Source: Patescibacteria group bacterium (lineage in GTDB: Bacteria > Patescibacteriota > Patescibacteriia > UBA9934 > GWF2-40-263). From it: DNA of 64,000 nt. The stretch is taken from NCBI GenBank assembly GCA_004297215.1, contig SCUM01000001.1, positions 545,181 through 609,180 on the forward strand. The letters run 5' to 3'. The translations under genes were made by a program, and so were the position numbers. This document shows, piece by piece, positions 34,353 through 43,762 of this stretch (position 1 is its first letter; every line of letters starts with the position of its first letter). Under the pieces are notes generated by a model. The model did no database searches. It was not told where the DNA came from and saw only the letters and a program-made list of their open reading frames with translations.

Positions 34353-36128
34353 ATGCGCCAGGTGCTTTCCGTGAAACGCCGCCGCGGACTGCCCACGCTC
34401 AAGCAGTGGGGCGCCCTTCCGCGCCTGCTCACGCGCCGCGAACGGCTCTTGGCCCTGTCCTGCCTCCTCCTCTTCGTCCTTTCCGCCTCGGCGCTTGGCA
34501 CATGGTATGTGGCCACCCACCGCCTGGAAATCCCGGCGGAAGGAGGCGAGTACGTGGAGGCCCTCGTGGGCGAGCCGCAGTTCGTGAACCCGCTGTACTC
34601 CACGGCCTCCGACGTGGACGCCGACCTGGCGCGCCTGGTCTATTCCGGGCTCTTGCGGTTCGATCCCAAGGAAGGCCTCGTGAACGACCTGGCTGAGAAG
34701 ATGGAGATCTCCGAGGACGGGAAGACCTATTCGGTGACCGTGCGCGACGACGCGACGTTCCACGACGGGTCTTCCGTGCGGGCGAAGGACGTGCTGTTCA
34801 CCATCACCGCGATCCAGGACCCGGCCTATCGCAGCCCGCTCGAGGTGTCCTTCCGCGGGGTCGCCGTAAGCCAGGTGGATGACCGCACGGTGGCCTTCTC
34901 GCTTGAGAAGCCGTTCGCGCCGTTCCTCTCCACGCTCACGGTCGGCATCCTCCCAGAGGGGCTCTGGGGCGGCATCCCGCCGCGCAATGCCCCGCTCGCC
35001 ACCCGCAACCTGGAACCGATCGGGAGCGGCCCGTACAAGTTCGCCTCGTTCTCCAAGGACAAGAACGGGCGCATCCTCTCCTACACCCTCGCGCGCTATG
35101 CCGCGTATTACGCCACCCCGGCTCTCATCGACACGCTCACCTTCAAGTTCTACGCCGACGGGAACGATGCGCAGGGCGCGCTTGAGAACCGCAACGTCGA
35201 AGGGATGGCATTCGTGTCGAGCGACCAGGAAGAGGCGGTGGCGAAGAATCGGAACGTCACGCTGCTGCGCCCCTCCCTCCCGCGCGTCACCACGCTCTCC
35301 TTCAACCAGGAAAAGGCGGCGGCCTTGAAGAAGCCGGAGGTGCGCAAGGCCATCGCGCTCGCGCTGAACAAGCAGGCGATCCTCGAGGATGCCCTCAGCG
35401 GCCGCGGCGCCGTGGTCGACTCCCCGATCCTCCCGGACATGGTCGGCTACGCCCCGGACGTGGCCTGGCCCACGTTCGACCCCGCCGCCTCGATGGCCCT
35501 CCTTGAGAAGGCGGGGTTTCCGAAGGTCGACGGGTCGGACGTGCGCACGCTTCCGAAAGACCTGTATGAAGCCAGGAAGAAAGCGGCAGGCGAAGCGGGG
35601 GGCTCGACAACGAACGAGTTTTCCCTTACCCTGAAGACCGTCCAGCATCCGGAGCTCATCCGCACGGCGGAACGCATCGCGACGCAGCTCGCCGATATCG
35701 GGATCAAGGTGGAGGTTGCGGCCGTGCCGGCCGACGAACTGCTCGCGGACGTCATCGAACCGCGCGATTACGAGATGCTGCTCACCGGCACCCTGCTCGG
35801 CCTCGATCCGGATCCCTTCCCGTTCTGGCATTCGTCGCAGGCGTCCGGCAAGGGACTCAACCTCGCCAACTACGGCAACCGCAAGGCCGACACCCTCCTC
35901 GAGGAGGCGCGCCAGAGCACGGACGAAGCGACGCGCGCGGCCAAATACGAGGAATTCCAATCCCTGCTCGCGGAGGACCTGCCGGCGGTGTTCCTCTACC
36001 AGTCCGCCTACGCCTATGCGGTCTCGTCAAAGATCCGCAACGTGGACATCCCCCGCGTCATCACCCCTTCGGACCGATTCGCCAACGTTACGAGCTGGTA
36101 CATCAAAACCAAGAACGTGCTGCGCTAG
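34353..36128 (+). CDS. ABC-transporter substrate-binding protein, family 5 (peptide/nickel/oligopeptide type), N-terminally membrane-anchored
   Basis: ~590 aa with an SBP_bac_5-like fold (YVEALVGEPQFVNPLY..., ...TFHDGSSVRAKDV..., ...NLANYGNRKADTLLEEAR...). It has an N-terminal TM segment LALSCLLLFVLSASALGTWYV rather than a lipobox. No permease or ATPase genes are adjacent in this window. The start was set at ATG 34353 (AAGGA 9 nt upstream). Confidence 0.7.
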   Translation: MRQVLSVKRRRGLPTLKQWGALPRLLTRRERLLALSCLLLFVLSASALGTWYVATHRLEIPAEGGEYVEALVGEPQFVNPLYSTASDVDADLARLVYSGLLRFDPKEGLVNDLAEKMEISEDGKTYSVTVRDDATFHDGSSVRAKDVLFTITAIQDPAYRSPLEVSFRGVAVSQVDDRTVAFSLEKPFAPFLSTLTVGILPEGLWGGIPPRNAPLATRNLEPIGSGPYKFASFSKDKNGRILSYTLARYAAYYATPALIDTLTFKFYADGNDAQGALENRNVEGMAFVSSDQEEAVAKNRNVTLLRPSLPRVTTLSFNQEKAAALKKPEVRKAIALALNKQAILEDALSGRGAVVDSPILPDMVGYAPDVAWPTFDPAASMALLEKAGFPKVDGSDVRTLPKDLYEARKKAAGEAGGSTTNEFSLTLKTVQHPELIRTAERIATQLADIGIKVEVAAVPADELLADVIEPRDYEMLLTGTLLGLDPDPFPFWHSSQASGKGLNLANYGNRKADTLLEEARQSTDEATRAAKYEEFQSLLAEDLPAVFLYQSAYAYAVSSKIRNVDIPRVITPSDRFANVTSWYIKTKNVLR

Positions 36129-36354
36129 CCGCAGCCCCGTGCCCAGATGGCGGAATTGGTATACGCGCAGGTCTCAGAAGCCTGTGCCCTCACGGGCTTG
36201 AGAGTTCGAGTCTCTCTCTGGGCACCATCCCCCTTCGCCCAATCTGACGATTGGGCTTCGGGGGATTCCCACATGCATTTTCCTGAGACGTATCGCGGGA
36301 TACGTCTCGTCGAAAGCGCACGTGAAACCGTTCGTTCTTACATGGAAATCTTTA

Positions 36355-36425
36355 TTCAGTGCGTAGGGAGTAGGTGGTAGTGCGTAGGAATATCCTACGC
36401 ACTACGCACTACCCACTACCACCTT
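36355..36425. repeat. GTAGG/CCTAC-rich long imperfect palindrome immediately upstream of rnj
   Basis: gtgcgtagggagtaggtggtagtgcgtaggaat-attcctacgcactacgcactacccactaccacc, same family as 3186-3247. Confidence 0.45.
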
Positions 36426-36436
36426 AGTTATTTCTT

Positions 36437-38290
36437 ATGGTTGACAAACAACCGAACCAGCAGCAACCCCGCCGCGATGGCGGACGCCGAGACCAGTCCC
36501 GCGGCCCGCACCAGCAAGGCGGAGGCCGATTCGACCGCTTCCGCGGGCGCGTGTTCACGCGCGACAACGTGAACGCCGGGGGCAGCGCCCCTTCTTCCGC
36601 GCCCTCCGGCGCGGGGAGGCCCCTTCCCCCGGGCAGCCCGAAGCTGCGCGTCGCCGTGCTCGGCGGCTGCGAGGAGGTGGGCCGCAACTGCACCATGCTC
36701 GAGTACGGCAACGACATCATCATCGTGGACCTCGGGCTGCAATTCCCCAACGAGGACATGCCGGGGGTCGATTACATCATCCCGAACATGACCGGCCTCA
36801 AGGGGAAGGAGAAGAACGTCCGCGGGGTCATCATCACCCACGGCCACTACGACCACATCGGGGCGATCCCGCACGTGGTCCCCAAGATCGGCAACCCGCC
36901 CATCTACGCGCTCCCCATGTCGGCCGGGATCATCAAGCGCCGCCAGGAGGACTTCGACACCCCGCCGCTCAACGTGAAGGTGACGAAGATCGACGACGTG
37001 CTGCAGCTGGGCGTCTTCCGCGTGTCGTTCTTCCACATCAACCACAACATCCCGGACTCCGCCGGCATCGTGATCGACACCCCGGCGGGCACCATCTGCC
37101 ACACGGGCGACTGGAAGTTCGACTTCCACCCGGCCGGCACCCAGCATGCCGATTTCCAGCGCATCGCCGAGATCGGCAAGAAAGGCGTGCTCATGCTCAT
37201 GGGCGACTCCACCTGCGCCGGCATCCCGGGCCACCAGAAGTCCGAGCGCGTGATCGGCGACGAGATCGAACGCATCATCGAGAAGGCGCCGGGGCGCGTG
37301 ATCGTGGGCACCTTCGCCTCCCTGCTCTCGCGCGTGAAGCAGATCCTCGAGAGCGCCGAGAAGCACGGCAAGAAGGTGGCGCTCGACGGATTCTCCATGA
37401 AGACCAACGTGGAGATCGCCAAGGAGCTCGGGTTCATCAAGATCAACCTGAAGACGCTCATCCCCATCGACCAGATCGACAAGTACCCGCAGGAGAAGAT
37501 CGTGGTGGTGTGCACGGGCGCCCAAGGCGAGAAGAACGCGGCGCTCAACCGCATCGCTTCCGACGAGCACCGCAGCGTGCGCATCATCAAGGGGGACACG
37601 GTGATCTTCTCAAGCTCGGTCATCCCGGGCAACGAGGAGAGCGTGCAGCGCCTCAAGGACATCTTCTATCGCAAGCGCGCCAAGGTGATCCACAAGGACA
37701 TCATGGACGTGCACGCCGGCGGCCACGCCATGCAGGAGGACATCAAGCTCATGCTCGCCCTGTTCAAGCCCAAATACTACTGCCCCATCGAGGGCAACCA
37801 CTTCCTCCTGCGCGAGAACGCCGAGGTGGCCTACTCCATGGGATGGAAGGAGGAGAACGTGTTCGTGGTGGACAACGGCCAGGTCATGGAGTTCTCCCCC
37901 GGCCACGGCACGCTTACCAACGAGAAGCTCCCCACCGACTACGTGTTCGTGGACGGGCTGGGCGTGGGCGACGTCTCCCAGGTGGTGCTGCGCGACCGCC
38001 AGGCGCTCGCCGAGGACGGCATGGTGATCGTGGTCGTGAAGATCGACAAGAAGAGCGGCATGCTCGTCGGCGCGCCGGACATCACCAGCCGCGGGTTCAT
38101 CTTCATGAAGGAGCACCAGGAACTGGTGGAGGACGTGCGCAAGCAGGTCGCGAAGGTGCTTGAGAAGCGCTCCGCCTCCGAGGCCGATCCGGACGAGATC
38201 AAGCAGAAGGTGCGCGACGAGCTGGGGATGTACCTGTTCCAGCAGACGGAGCGCCGGCCGATGATCCTTCCTGTCGTGATCGAGGTGTAA
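36437..38290 (+). CDS. rnj: Ribonuclease J (beta-CASP metallo-beta-lactamase RNase) with an Arg/Gly-rich N-terminal extension
   Basis: VIITHGHYDHIG (HxHxDH), beta-CASP and RMMBL C-terminal region; 617 aa. The first ~70 aa are low-complexity R/G/Q-rich (QQQPRRDGGRRDQSRGPHQQGGGRFDRFRGR...). Confidence 0.9.
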   Translation: MVDKQPNQQQPRRDGGRRDQSRGPHQQGGGRFDRFRGRVFTRDNVNAGGSAPSSAPSGAGRPLPPGSPKLRVAVLGGCEEVGRNCTMLEYGNDIIIVDLGLQFPNEDMPGVDYIIPNMTGLKGKEKNVRGVIITHGHYDHIGAIPHVVPKIGNPPIYALPMSAGIIKRRQEDFDTPPLNVKVTKIDDVLQLGVFRVSFFHINHNIPDSAGIVIDTPAGTICHTGDWKFDFHPAGTQHADFQRIAEIGKKGVLMLMGDSTCAGIPGHQKSERVIGDEIERIIEKAPGRVIVGTFASLLSRVKQILESAEKHGKKVALDGFSMKTNVEIAKELGFIKINLKTLIPIDQIDKYPQEKIVVVCTGAQGEKNAALNRIASDEHRSVRIIKGDTVIFSSSVIPGNEESVQRLKDIFYRKRAKVIHKDIMDVHAGGHAMQEDIKLMLALFKPKYYCPIEGNHFLLRENAEVAYSMGWKEENVFVVDNGQVMEFSPGHGTLTNEKLPTDYVFVDGLGVGDVSQVVLRDRQALAEDGMVIVVVKIDKKSGMLVGAPDITSRGFIFMKEHQELVEDVRKQVAKVLEKRSASEADPDEIKQKVRDELGMYLFQQTERRPMILPVVIEV

Positions 38291-38378
38291 TAGGGTGGGA
38301 AGGGTTTGAAGAGTGTCGGAGAGCCGGTCATATGACCGGCTTTTCGTTTGGCTGCTCCCCTGTTACGATGGGCCGCGT

Positions 38379-39365
38379 ATGGCAAAAGTCCTCACCGCGC
38401 TTCAACCGTCCGGGGTCCTGCACCTGGGCAACTACTTCGGGGCGATCGAACCGGCCGTAACCCTTCAAGCACAGCACGATCTGACGATGTTCATCGTCGA
38501 TTATCATGCGATCACCGTCCCGCAGAAACCCGACGAGCTGCGACGCAACATCCTGTTCGCGGCCGCCACGTATCTCGCCTGCGGGATCGATCCGGCGAAG
38601 ACGCTGCTGTTCCAACAGTCGGCGGTGCCGGCTCACGCCGAGCTCGGATGGGTGTTGAGCTGCATCGCGCGCGTGGGCGAGCTCGAGCGCATGACGCAGT
38701 TCAAGGACAAGGCGGGGGCGCGAGCCGAAAAGGTCTCCGTCGGCCTGTTCACCTACCCGGTCCTCATGGCCGCCGACATCCTGCTCTACGACACGGAGCT
38801 CGTCCCCGTGGGCGCGGACCAAAAGCAGCACGTGGAGCTCGCGCGCGACCTCGCCATCCGCTTCAACCGCGACTACGGCGAGACCTTCGTGGTGCCCGAA
38901 CCGAGCATCCGCGCCGAAGGGGCGCGCGTCATGGGGCTTGATGACCCGACGAAAAAGATGAGCAAGTCGGCCACGAGCGCCAAGAACTACATTTCCCTGC
39001 TCGACGACGAGGCGACGGTGATGAAAAAGGTGAAAGCGGCCGTCACCGACTCGGGCGCCGCGGTCCGCGCCGGCGAGGGTCGTCCGGCGATGACCAACCT
39101 GCTCACCATCTACTCGCTCGTCACGCACCGCAGCGTGAAGGAAATCGAAGGCGACTATCTCGGCAAGGGCTATGGCGACTTCAAGGCCGACCTCGCCGAG
39201 GTCATCTCCCTCTGGCTCAAGCCGCTGCAAGCCAAGATCAAGACGTACCTCGCGCATGAGGACGAGCTGGTGAAGGTCCTCAACGCGGGGGCCGAGAAGG
39301 CCGCCGAACGGGCCGAGCGGCGCATGCAAAAAGTGCGGGAGAGGATCGGGGTGTCCCTCCGTTGA
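38379..39365 (+). CDS. trpS: Tryptophan--tRNA ligase
   Basis: MAKVLTALQPSGVLHLGNYFGAI (HIGH-type), KMSKS motif (KKMSKSATS); ~328 aa. Confidence 0.9.
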   Translation: MAKVLTALQPSGVLHLGNYFGAIEPAVTLQAQHDLTMFIVDYHAITVPQKPDELRRNILFAAATYLACGIDPAKTLLFQQSAVPAHAELGWVLSCIARVGELERMTQFKDKAGARAEKVSVGLFTYPVLMAADILLYDTELVPVGADQKQHVELARDLAIRFNRDYGETFVVPEPSIRAEGARVMGLDDPTKKMSKSATSAKNYISLLDDEATVMKKVKAAVTDSGAAVRAGEGRPAMTNLLTIYSLVTHRSVKEIEGDYLGKGYGDFKADLAEVISLWLKPLQAKIKTYLAHEDELVKVLNAGAEKAAERAERRMQKVRERIGVSLR

Positions 39366-39387
39366 CGGCCCGGCCGTTTCGTGCTAA

Positions 39388-39830
39388 TCTCCCGGGGTCC
39401 TTGGAATGCCGGACGGCTACGCCCCGACGTCATGTCGGGGTGAGGAAAGTCCGAACACCCCTTGGGCCGCAAGGTCCTTTGAAAAGGAGCGTCGCTAACG
39501 GCGACCAGGTATGTCGGTGGGGTTTAAACGCGTTGGAGAAATTCACGCGTTTGCCTCTCATCGTAAGCCTAGGGAAAGTGCCACAGAGACTATACTATCC
39601 CCCGTCGCTCCTCACGGAGCCATGGGGGAGAAAGGTGAAAAGATCGCGGAAGTCGCAAGGCTACCGCGTAGGCCCCATGGCGACATGGGCGCGTGGAAAA
39701 CCCGCTCCGGTGCAAGAGCAAGTTTGGTAGCTCGCTAGAACCTGGCGGCAACGCCAGGACCAGAGAGATGGCCGTCTCCGCCCCGCAAGGGACGACAGAC
39801 AAAATTCGGCTTACAGGCATCTCCCGGGAC
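39388..39830 (+). ncRNA. rnpB: RNase P RNA (bacterial type A-like)
   Basis: P1 pairing ctcccgggg (5') / ctcccggga (3'). Conserved blocks GAGGAAAGTCCGAACAC (P4 5' strand), GTGCCACAGAGA, GAGAAAGGTGAAAAG...GCAAGG and ACGACAGACAAAATTCGGCTTACAGG (P4 3' strand). Followed by a terminator; ends are approximate. Confidence 0.75.
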
Positions 39831-39833
39831 ACC

Positions 39834-39863
39834 AAAAAACCTCGCTTCACGCGGGGTTTTTTG
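39834..39863 (+). terminator. Rho-independent terminator after rnpB
   Basis: aaaaaa-cctcgc-ttcac-gcgggg-ttttttg (stem includes one G-U pair). Confidence 0.55.
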
Positions 39864-39879
39864 TTACCATGCGTGGGCT

Positions 39880-41301
39880 ATGAAGCGATCCGGACTGTTT
39901 TTTACGATCGTCCTGCTCCCGCTCGACCTGCTCGCCCTCGTGGCCGCCGCGGTGACCGCGTATTATTCGCGGTTCCTGCCGGTGTTCACCTCGGTGCGAC
40001 CGGTCGTCTTCGATCTCACCATCGAGCGCTACCTTCCCGTGGCGGCGTTCGCGGCGTTCGTGTGGCTGCTCGTGTTCGCCGCGTCAGGGTTGTATACCAC
40101 CCGACGGGTCGCGATCGCGCACGAGCTCACGCGCGTGGCGCTCGCCTGCTCCACGGGCATGGCGGCCGTGTTCGCCATCCTGTTCTTCTCCCGCACCTTC
40201 TTCGAGTCCCGCTACATCGCGGTGGCGGCCTGGCTCCTGTCCATCGCGTTCGTCTGCGCGGAGCGCCTCGCGGTGCGCCTCGTGCAGCGCAGCCTCATCC
40301 GCTGGGGCATCGGCGAGTGCCGGGTCGTGCTCATCGGGGAGAACCGCTCAAGCGCGGCGCTCGACGCCTTCTTCGCCGACCGGCACCGGTTCGGCTTCCA
40401 TGTGACCGGGCATTTCAAGAGGTTCGATGGCGGGGTGGCGGAGCGCATCCGCGAGCTCAAGCGCAAGGACAAGGTCGACGAGGTGTGGCTCACCGATCCC
40501 GAGGCGAGCCGCGAGGCGGCGCTCGACGTCCTCGGGTTCACGGAAGTGGAGCATTTAGGCTTCCGCTATACGGCCGATTTCTTCGCTTCCGCCGTCGGAA
40601 AAAGCGTGATGCACGCCTTCGCCGGCGTCCCGGTGATCGAGGTGCGCAAGACCCCGCTCGACGGCTGGGGGGCGATTTACAAGCGCGCGTTCGACATCGC
40701 GGTGTCGGGAATCCTCATCGTCCTCACCGCTCCCGTCCAGCTCGCGATCGCCGTCGCCCTGTTCCTCGAAAGCCCGGGGCGCGTGCTGTTCTCCCGCCTC
40801 CCGCACGGGGGAAAGGTCATGCGCGTCGGGCAGGGAGGAAAGTCGTTCCACTACTTCAAGTTCCGTTCCATGGTGAAGGACGCGCACACGTATCGTTTCG
40901 ATCCGGCGTTCCTCAAGCGATACGGGAACATGCGCGAAGGGTCCCCGCTGTTCAAGCTGAAGGACGACCCGCGCGTGACCCCGATCGGCCGCCTCCTTCG
41001 GAAATTCTCCCTTGACGAGCTCCCGGAGTTCTTCCTCGTGTTCCTCGGCCGCATGTCGCTCGTGGGCCCGCGCCCGCACCTGCCCGAGGAGGTGGCGCTC
41101 TATAAGCCGCATCAGCGCAAGGTGCTCACGGTGAAGCCGGGCATCACGGGGATGGCCCAAATGAGCGGCCGTGCGGACCTTGACTTTGACGAGGAAGTGC
41201 GGCTGGATATCCATTATCTTGAGCACTGGAGCCCTTGGCTCGACCTGTACCTGCTCCTCAAGACGCCGCTTGCGGTGATCTTCAAGAAAGGGGCCTACTA
41301 G
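39880..41301 (+). CDS. Polyprenyl-phosphate hexose-1-phosphate transferase (WbaP/CpsE-type bacterial sugar transferase)
   Basis: Five N-terminal TM helices and a C-terminal catalytic domain ending LDELPEFFLVFLGRMSLVGPRP...PGITGMAQMSGRADLDFDEEVRLDIHYLEHWSPWLDLYLLLKT. Confidence 0.85.
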   Translation: MKRSGLFFTIVLLPLDLLALVAAAVTAYYSRFLPVFTSVRPVVFDLTIERYLPVAAFAAFVWLLVFAASGLYTTRRVAIAHELTRVALACSTGMAAVFAILFFSRTFFESRYIAVAAWLLSIAFVCAERLAVRLVQRSLIRWGIGECRVVLIGENRSSAALDAFFADRHRFGFHVTGHFKRFDGGVAERIRELKRKDKVDEVWLTDPEASREAALDVLGFTEVEHLGFRYTADFFASAVGKSVMHAFAGVPVIEVRKTPLDGWGAIYKRAFDIAVSGILIVLTAPVQLAIAVALFLESPGRVLFSRLPHGGKVMRVGQGGKSFHYFKFRSMVKDAHTYRFDPAFLKRYGNMREGSPLFKLKDDPRVTPIGRLLRKFSLDELPEFFLVFLGRMSLVGPRPHLPEEVALYKPHQRKVLTVKPGITGMAQMSGRADLDFDEEVRLDIHYLEHWSPWLDLYLLLKTPLAVIFKKGAY

Positions 41302-41372
41302 GCGTTAAGGCCTCAGGCGGACAAGGCCTTAGCAGCTGATGCCTTAACGCCTGCGGCCTTCTCGCCTCTCAC

Positions 41373-42488
41373 ATGAAACTCGCCATCGTCCACGACCATC
41401 TCGTCCAAGACGGGGGTGCGGAAAAGGTGCTCGAGGCCATCCAGGAGATCTGGCCCTCGGCACCCACCTACGCCCTCGTTTTCGATGCGCGCCGGTTCCC
41501 TTCCTTCGCCGGAAAGGACATCCGCACCTCGTTCATCCAGCGGCTACCCTTCGCGAAGACGAACCTGCAGTGGTACCTGCCGCTCATGCCCACGGCCACC
41601 GAAGGGTACGACCTGCGGGAATTCGACGTGGTGGTGTCGAGCTCAAGCGCGTTCTCGAAGGGGGTGATCACCCGCGACGATGCCCTGCACGTGTGTTACT
41701 GCCACACGCCCACCCGTTACCTGTGGAGCGACACGCACAGCTACGTGGCCGAGCTGCGGCAGCCACGATTCGTGAAGGCCGCCCTCCCCCCGGTGCTTTC
41801 CGCGTTGCGGATGTGGGACCGCCAGGCCGCGGACCGCGTAGACGCGTTCGTGGCAAATTCCGAGACGGTGAAGCGGCGCATCGCGAAATACTACGGCCGG
41901 ACGTCGGATGTGATCCATCCCCCGGTCGACATCCATCGCTTTGCCAATCTCCCGACTCCCGACTCCCGACTCCCGACTCCCTCCTACTTCCTCGCCGGAG
42001 GACGCCTGGTCGCCTACAAACGCTACGACCTCATCGTGGAGGCCGCGAACCGTACCGGCATCCCCGTGAAAATCTTTGGCACGGGGCCGGTGGAGCAGGC
42101 TCTGCGAGCGCGTGCCAAGGGAAACGTGGAATTCCTCGGCCGGGTGTCCCCAGAGCGGCAGGCGGAGCTCTACGCCGGAGCCAAGGCGTTCATCCACCCG
42201 CAAGAGGAGGATTTCGGCATCACGCCGGTGGAAGCCATGGCCTCCGGAATCCCCGTCATCGCCTGGCGGCGCGGAGGCGCGACGGAAACGGTCATCGAAG
42301 GGGTCACGGGCGAGCTGTTCGACGAGCAAAGCTGGGAGGAACTCGCCGACCATCTCATCCGGTTCGACGCTACGCGCTACGACGGAGCCGCCATCCGGGC
42401 GCATGCGTCCCGGTTCGGCCTGGAGCGGTTCAAGGCGGAACTGAAGACCTACGTCGAACGCGCCTGGGAGGAACGTCGACGCCGCTGA
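41373..42488 (+). CDS. GT4-family glycosyltransferase
   Basis: C-terminal FLGRVSPERQAELYAGAKAFIHPQEEDFGITPVEAMASGIPVIAWRRGGATETV (EX7E-type GT4 signature). Contains an in-frame heptamer tandem cccgact x4 at 41953-41983. Confidence 0.8.
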   Translation: MKLAIVHDHLVQDGGAEKVLEAIQEIWPSAPTYALVFDARRFPSFAGKDIRTSFIQRLPFAKTNLQWYLPLMPTATEGYDLREFDVVVSSSSAFSKGVITRDDALHVCYCHTPTRYLWSDTHSYVAELRQPRFVKAALPPVLSALRMWDRQAADRVDAFVANSETVKRRIAKYYGRTSDVIHPPVDIHRFANLPTPDSRLPTPSYFLAGGRLVAYKRYDLIVEAANRTGIPVKIFGTGPVEQALRARAKGNVEFLGRVSPERQAELYAGAKAFIHPQEEDFGITPVEAMASGIPVIAWRRGGATETVIEGVTGELFDEQSWEELADHLIRFDATRYDGAAIRAHASRFGLERFKAELKTYVERAWEERRRR

Positions 42489-42489
42489 T

Positions 42490-43677
42490 ATGCGCGTGCT
42501 CGTCGGGGCCCGCGACCTGTCCGTTCGTTCCCCGAGCGGGGTCGGGACGTATGCGACCGAGGTCCTGCGACGGATGTTCCCGCTCGCCCCGTCGGACCGC
42601 TTCACGCTGCTCACCACGGGCATGCACGCCCCAGACCTGACCCATGCCCTCTCCTCCGAGAGGAGAGGGGTAGCGTGCTATCTCCCCCTTGGAAAGGGGG
42701 AGCATGAGGGGGTCGTGCACGTGCACCGCCGCGTCCCCAATAAGCTCCTGAACGCGAGCGTGATCCTGACGGGACGCCCGACCATCGACCGCCTCGCCAG
42801 AGGGACGTTTGACCGACTTTTCCTCCCGAATCTCGATATCGTATCCGTCCCGAGATCCCTTCCGCATGTCCTGACCATCCACGACCTGTCCTGGCGCCTG
42901 TTCCCCGAATGGTACTCGTGGAAAATGCGCGCCTGGCATGCCGCCTGCCGGCCGGAACGGCTCATCGGAAACGCCGCGACCGTCCTCGTCCCGTCAAACG
43001 CCACGGCTGACGACCTCTCTGCCTGTTTTCCAGGCGTCGCTGGTCGCATCAAGGTCATCCCGCACGGGGTCGCGGATGCGTTTTCGCCGCACTCGGACCC
43101 GTCAGACCATGGCTGGCGCTCGAAATTGGGTGTCCCGGGTCGCTTCCTGCTGTTCGTGGGCACCCTTGAACCGCGCAAGAACGTGGTCGCCCTCGTGGAC
43201 GCGGTCGCGGCCTATCGAAAACGCGCCGGGGACGACATCGCCCTGGTGCTTGCCGGAAGGTGGGGGTGGAACGCCGGGGCGCTTCGGCGGCGCCTGTCAC
43301 GCCCCGATGCCCAGGGTTGGGTCCGCCTGCTCGGATACGTCCCGACGCAAGCGCGTCCGGCGCTTTATCGCGCAGCCGAAGCCCTCGTTTGGCCGTCGCA
43401 TTACGAAGGGTTCGGGCTCCCCGTGCTCGAAGCGATGGCGAGCGGGACGCCGGTCATCACCAGCCTGTCGTCCGGCGTGGCTGAGACGGCCGGGGATGCG
43501 GCCATCTTGGTGGATCCGCTGCTCACGGACGACCTCACCGACGCGATTGGACAACTCTTGGGTTCAAGCGCGCTTCGCGCACGATTGCGCGACGCCGGAT
43601 TACGACGCACTTCCGGATTCGGTTGGGAACAGGCAGCCCGATTAACCCTTGAGGCCATTCACGGGGGCAAGGTTTAA
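42490..43677 (+). CDS. GT4-family glycosyltransferase
   Basis: FVGTLEPRKN...HYEGFGLPVLEAMASGTPVITSLSSGVAETAGDAAILVDP. The start is 1 nt after the previous stop. Confidence 0.8.
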   Translation: MRVLVGARDLSVRSPSGVGTYATEVLRRMFPLAPSDRFTLLTTGMHAPDLTHALSSERRGVACYLPLGKGEHEGVVHVHRRVPNKLLNASVILTGRPTIDRLARGTFDRLFLPNLDIVSVPRSLPHVLTIHDLSWRLFPEWYSWKMRAWHAACRPERLIGNAATVLVPSNATADDLSACFPGVAGRIKVIPHGVADAFSPHSDPSDHGWRSKLGVPGRFLLFVGTLEPRKNVVALVDAVAAYRKRAGDDIALVLAGRWGWNAGALRRRLSRPDAQGWVRLLGYVPTQARPALYRAAEALVWPSHYEGFGLPVLEAMASGTPVITSLSSGVAETAGDAAILVDPLLTDDLTDAIGQLLGSSALRARLRDAGLRRTSGFGWEQAARLTLEAIHGGKV

Positions 43678-43750
43678 CCTCCAAGGTTGAACCTCGCCCC
43701 CTGTGTGGATAACCATCGGCTTGACCGCCGATTTTTTGCGTGAAATTTGC

Positions 43751-43756
43751 TATAAT
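43751..43756 (+). promoter_or_regulatory. Candidate -10 box (TATAAT) for a leaderless GT4 transcript
   Basis: A perfect TATAAT lies 6 nt upstream of the ATG at 43763 in an otherwise GC-rich region; no convincing -35 was found. Confidence 0.3.
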
Positions 43757-43762
43757 CAAGGC

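Noticed and set aside
33861-35960. 699-aa minus-strand ORF spanning secG and the SBP gene
   Set aside because: Antisense to two plus-strand genes with good family matches; Arg/Gly-rich.
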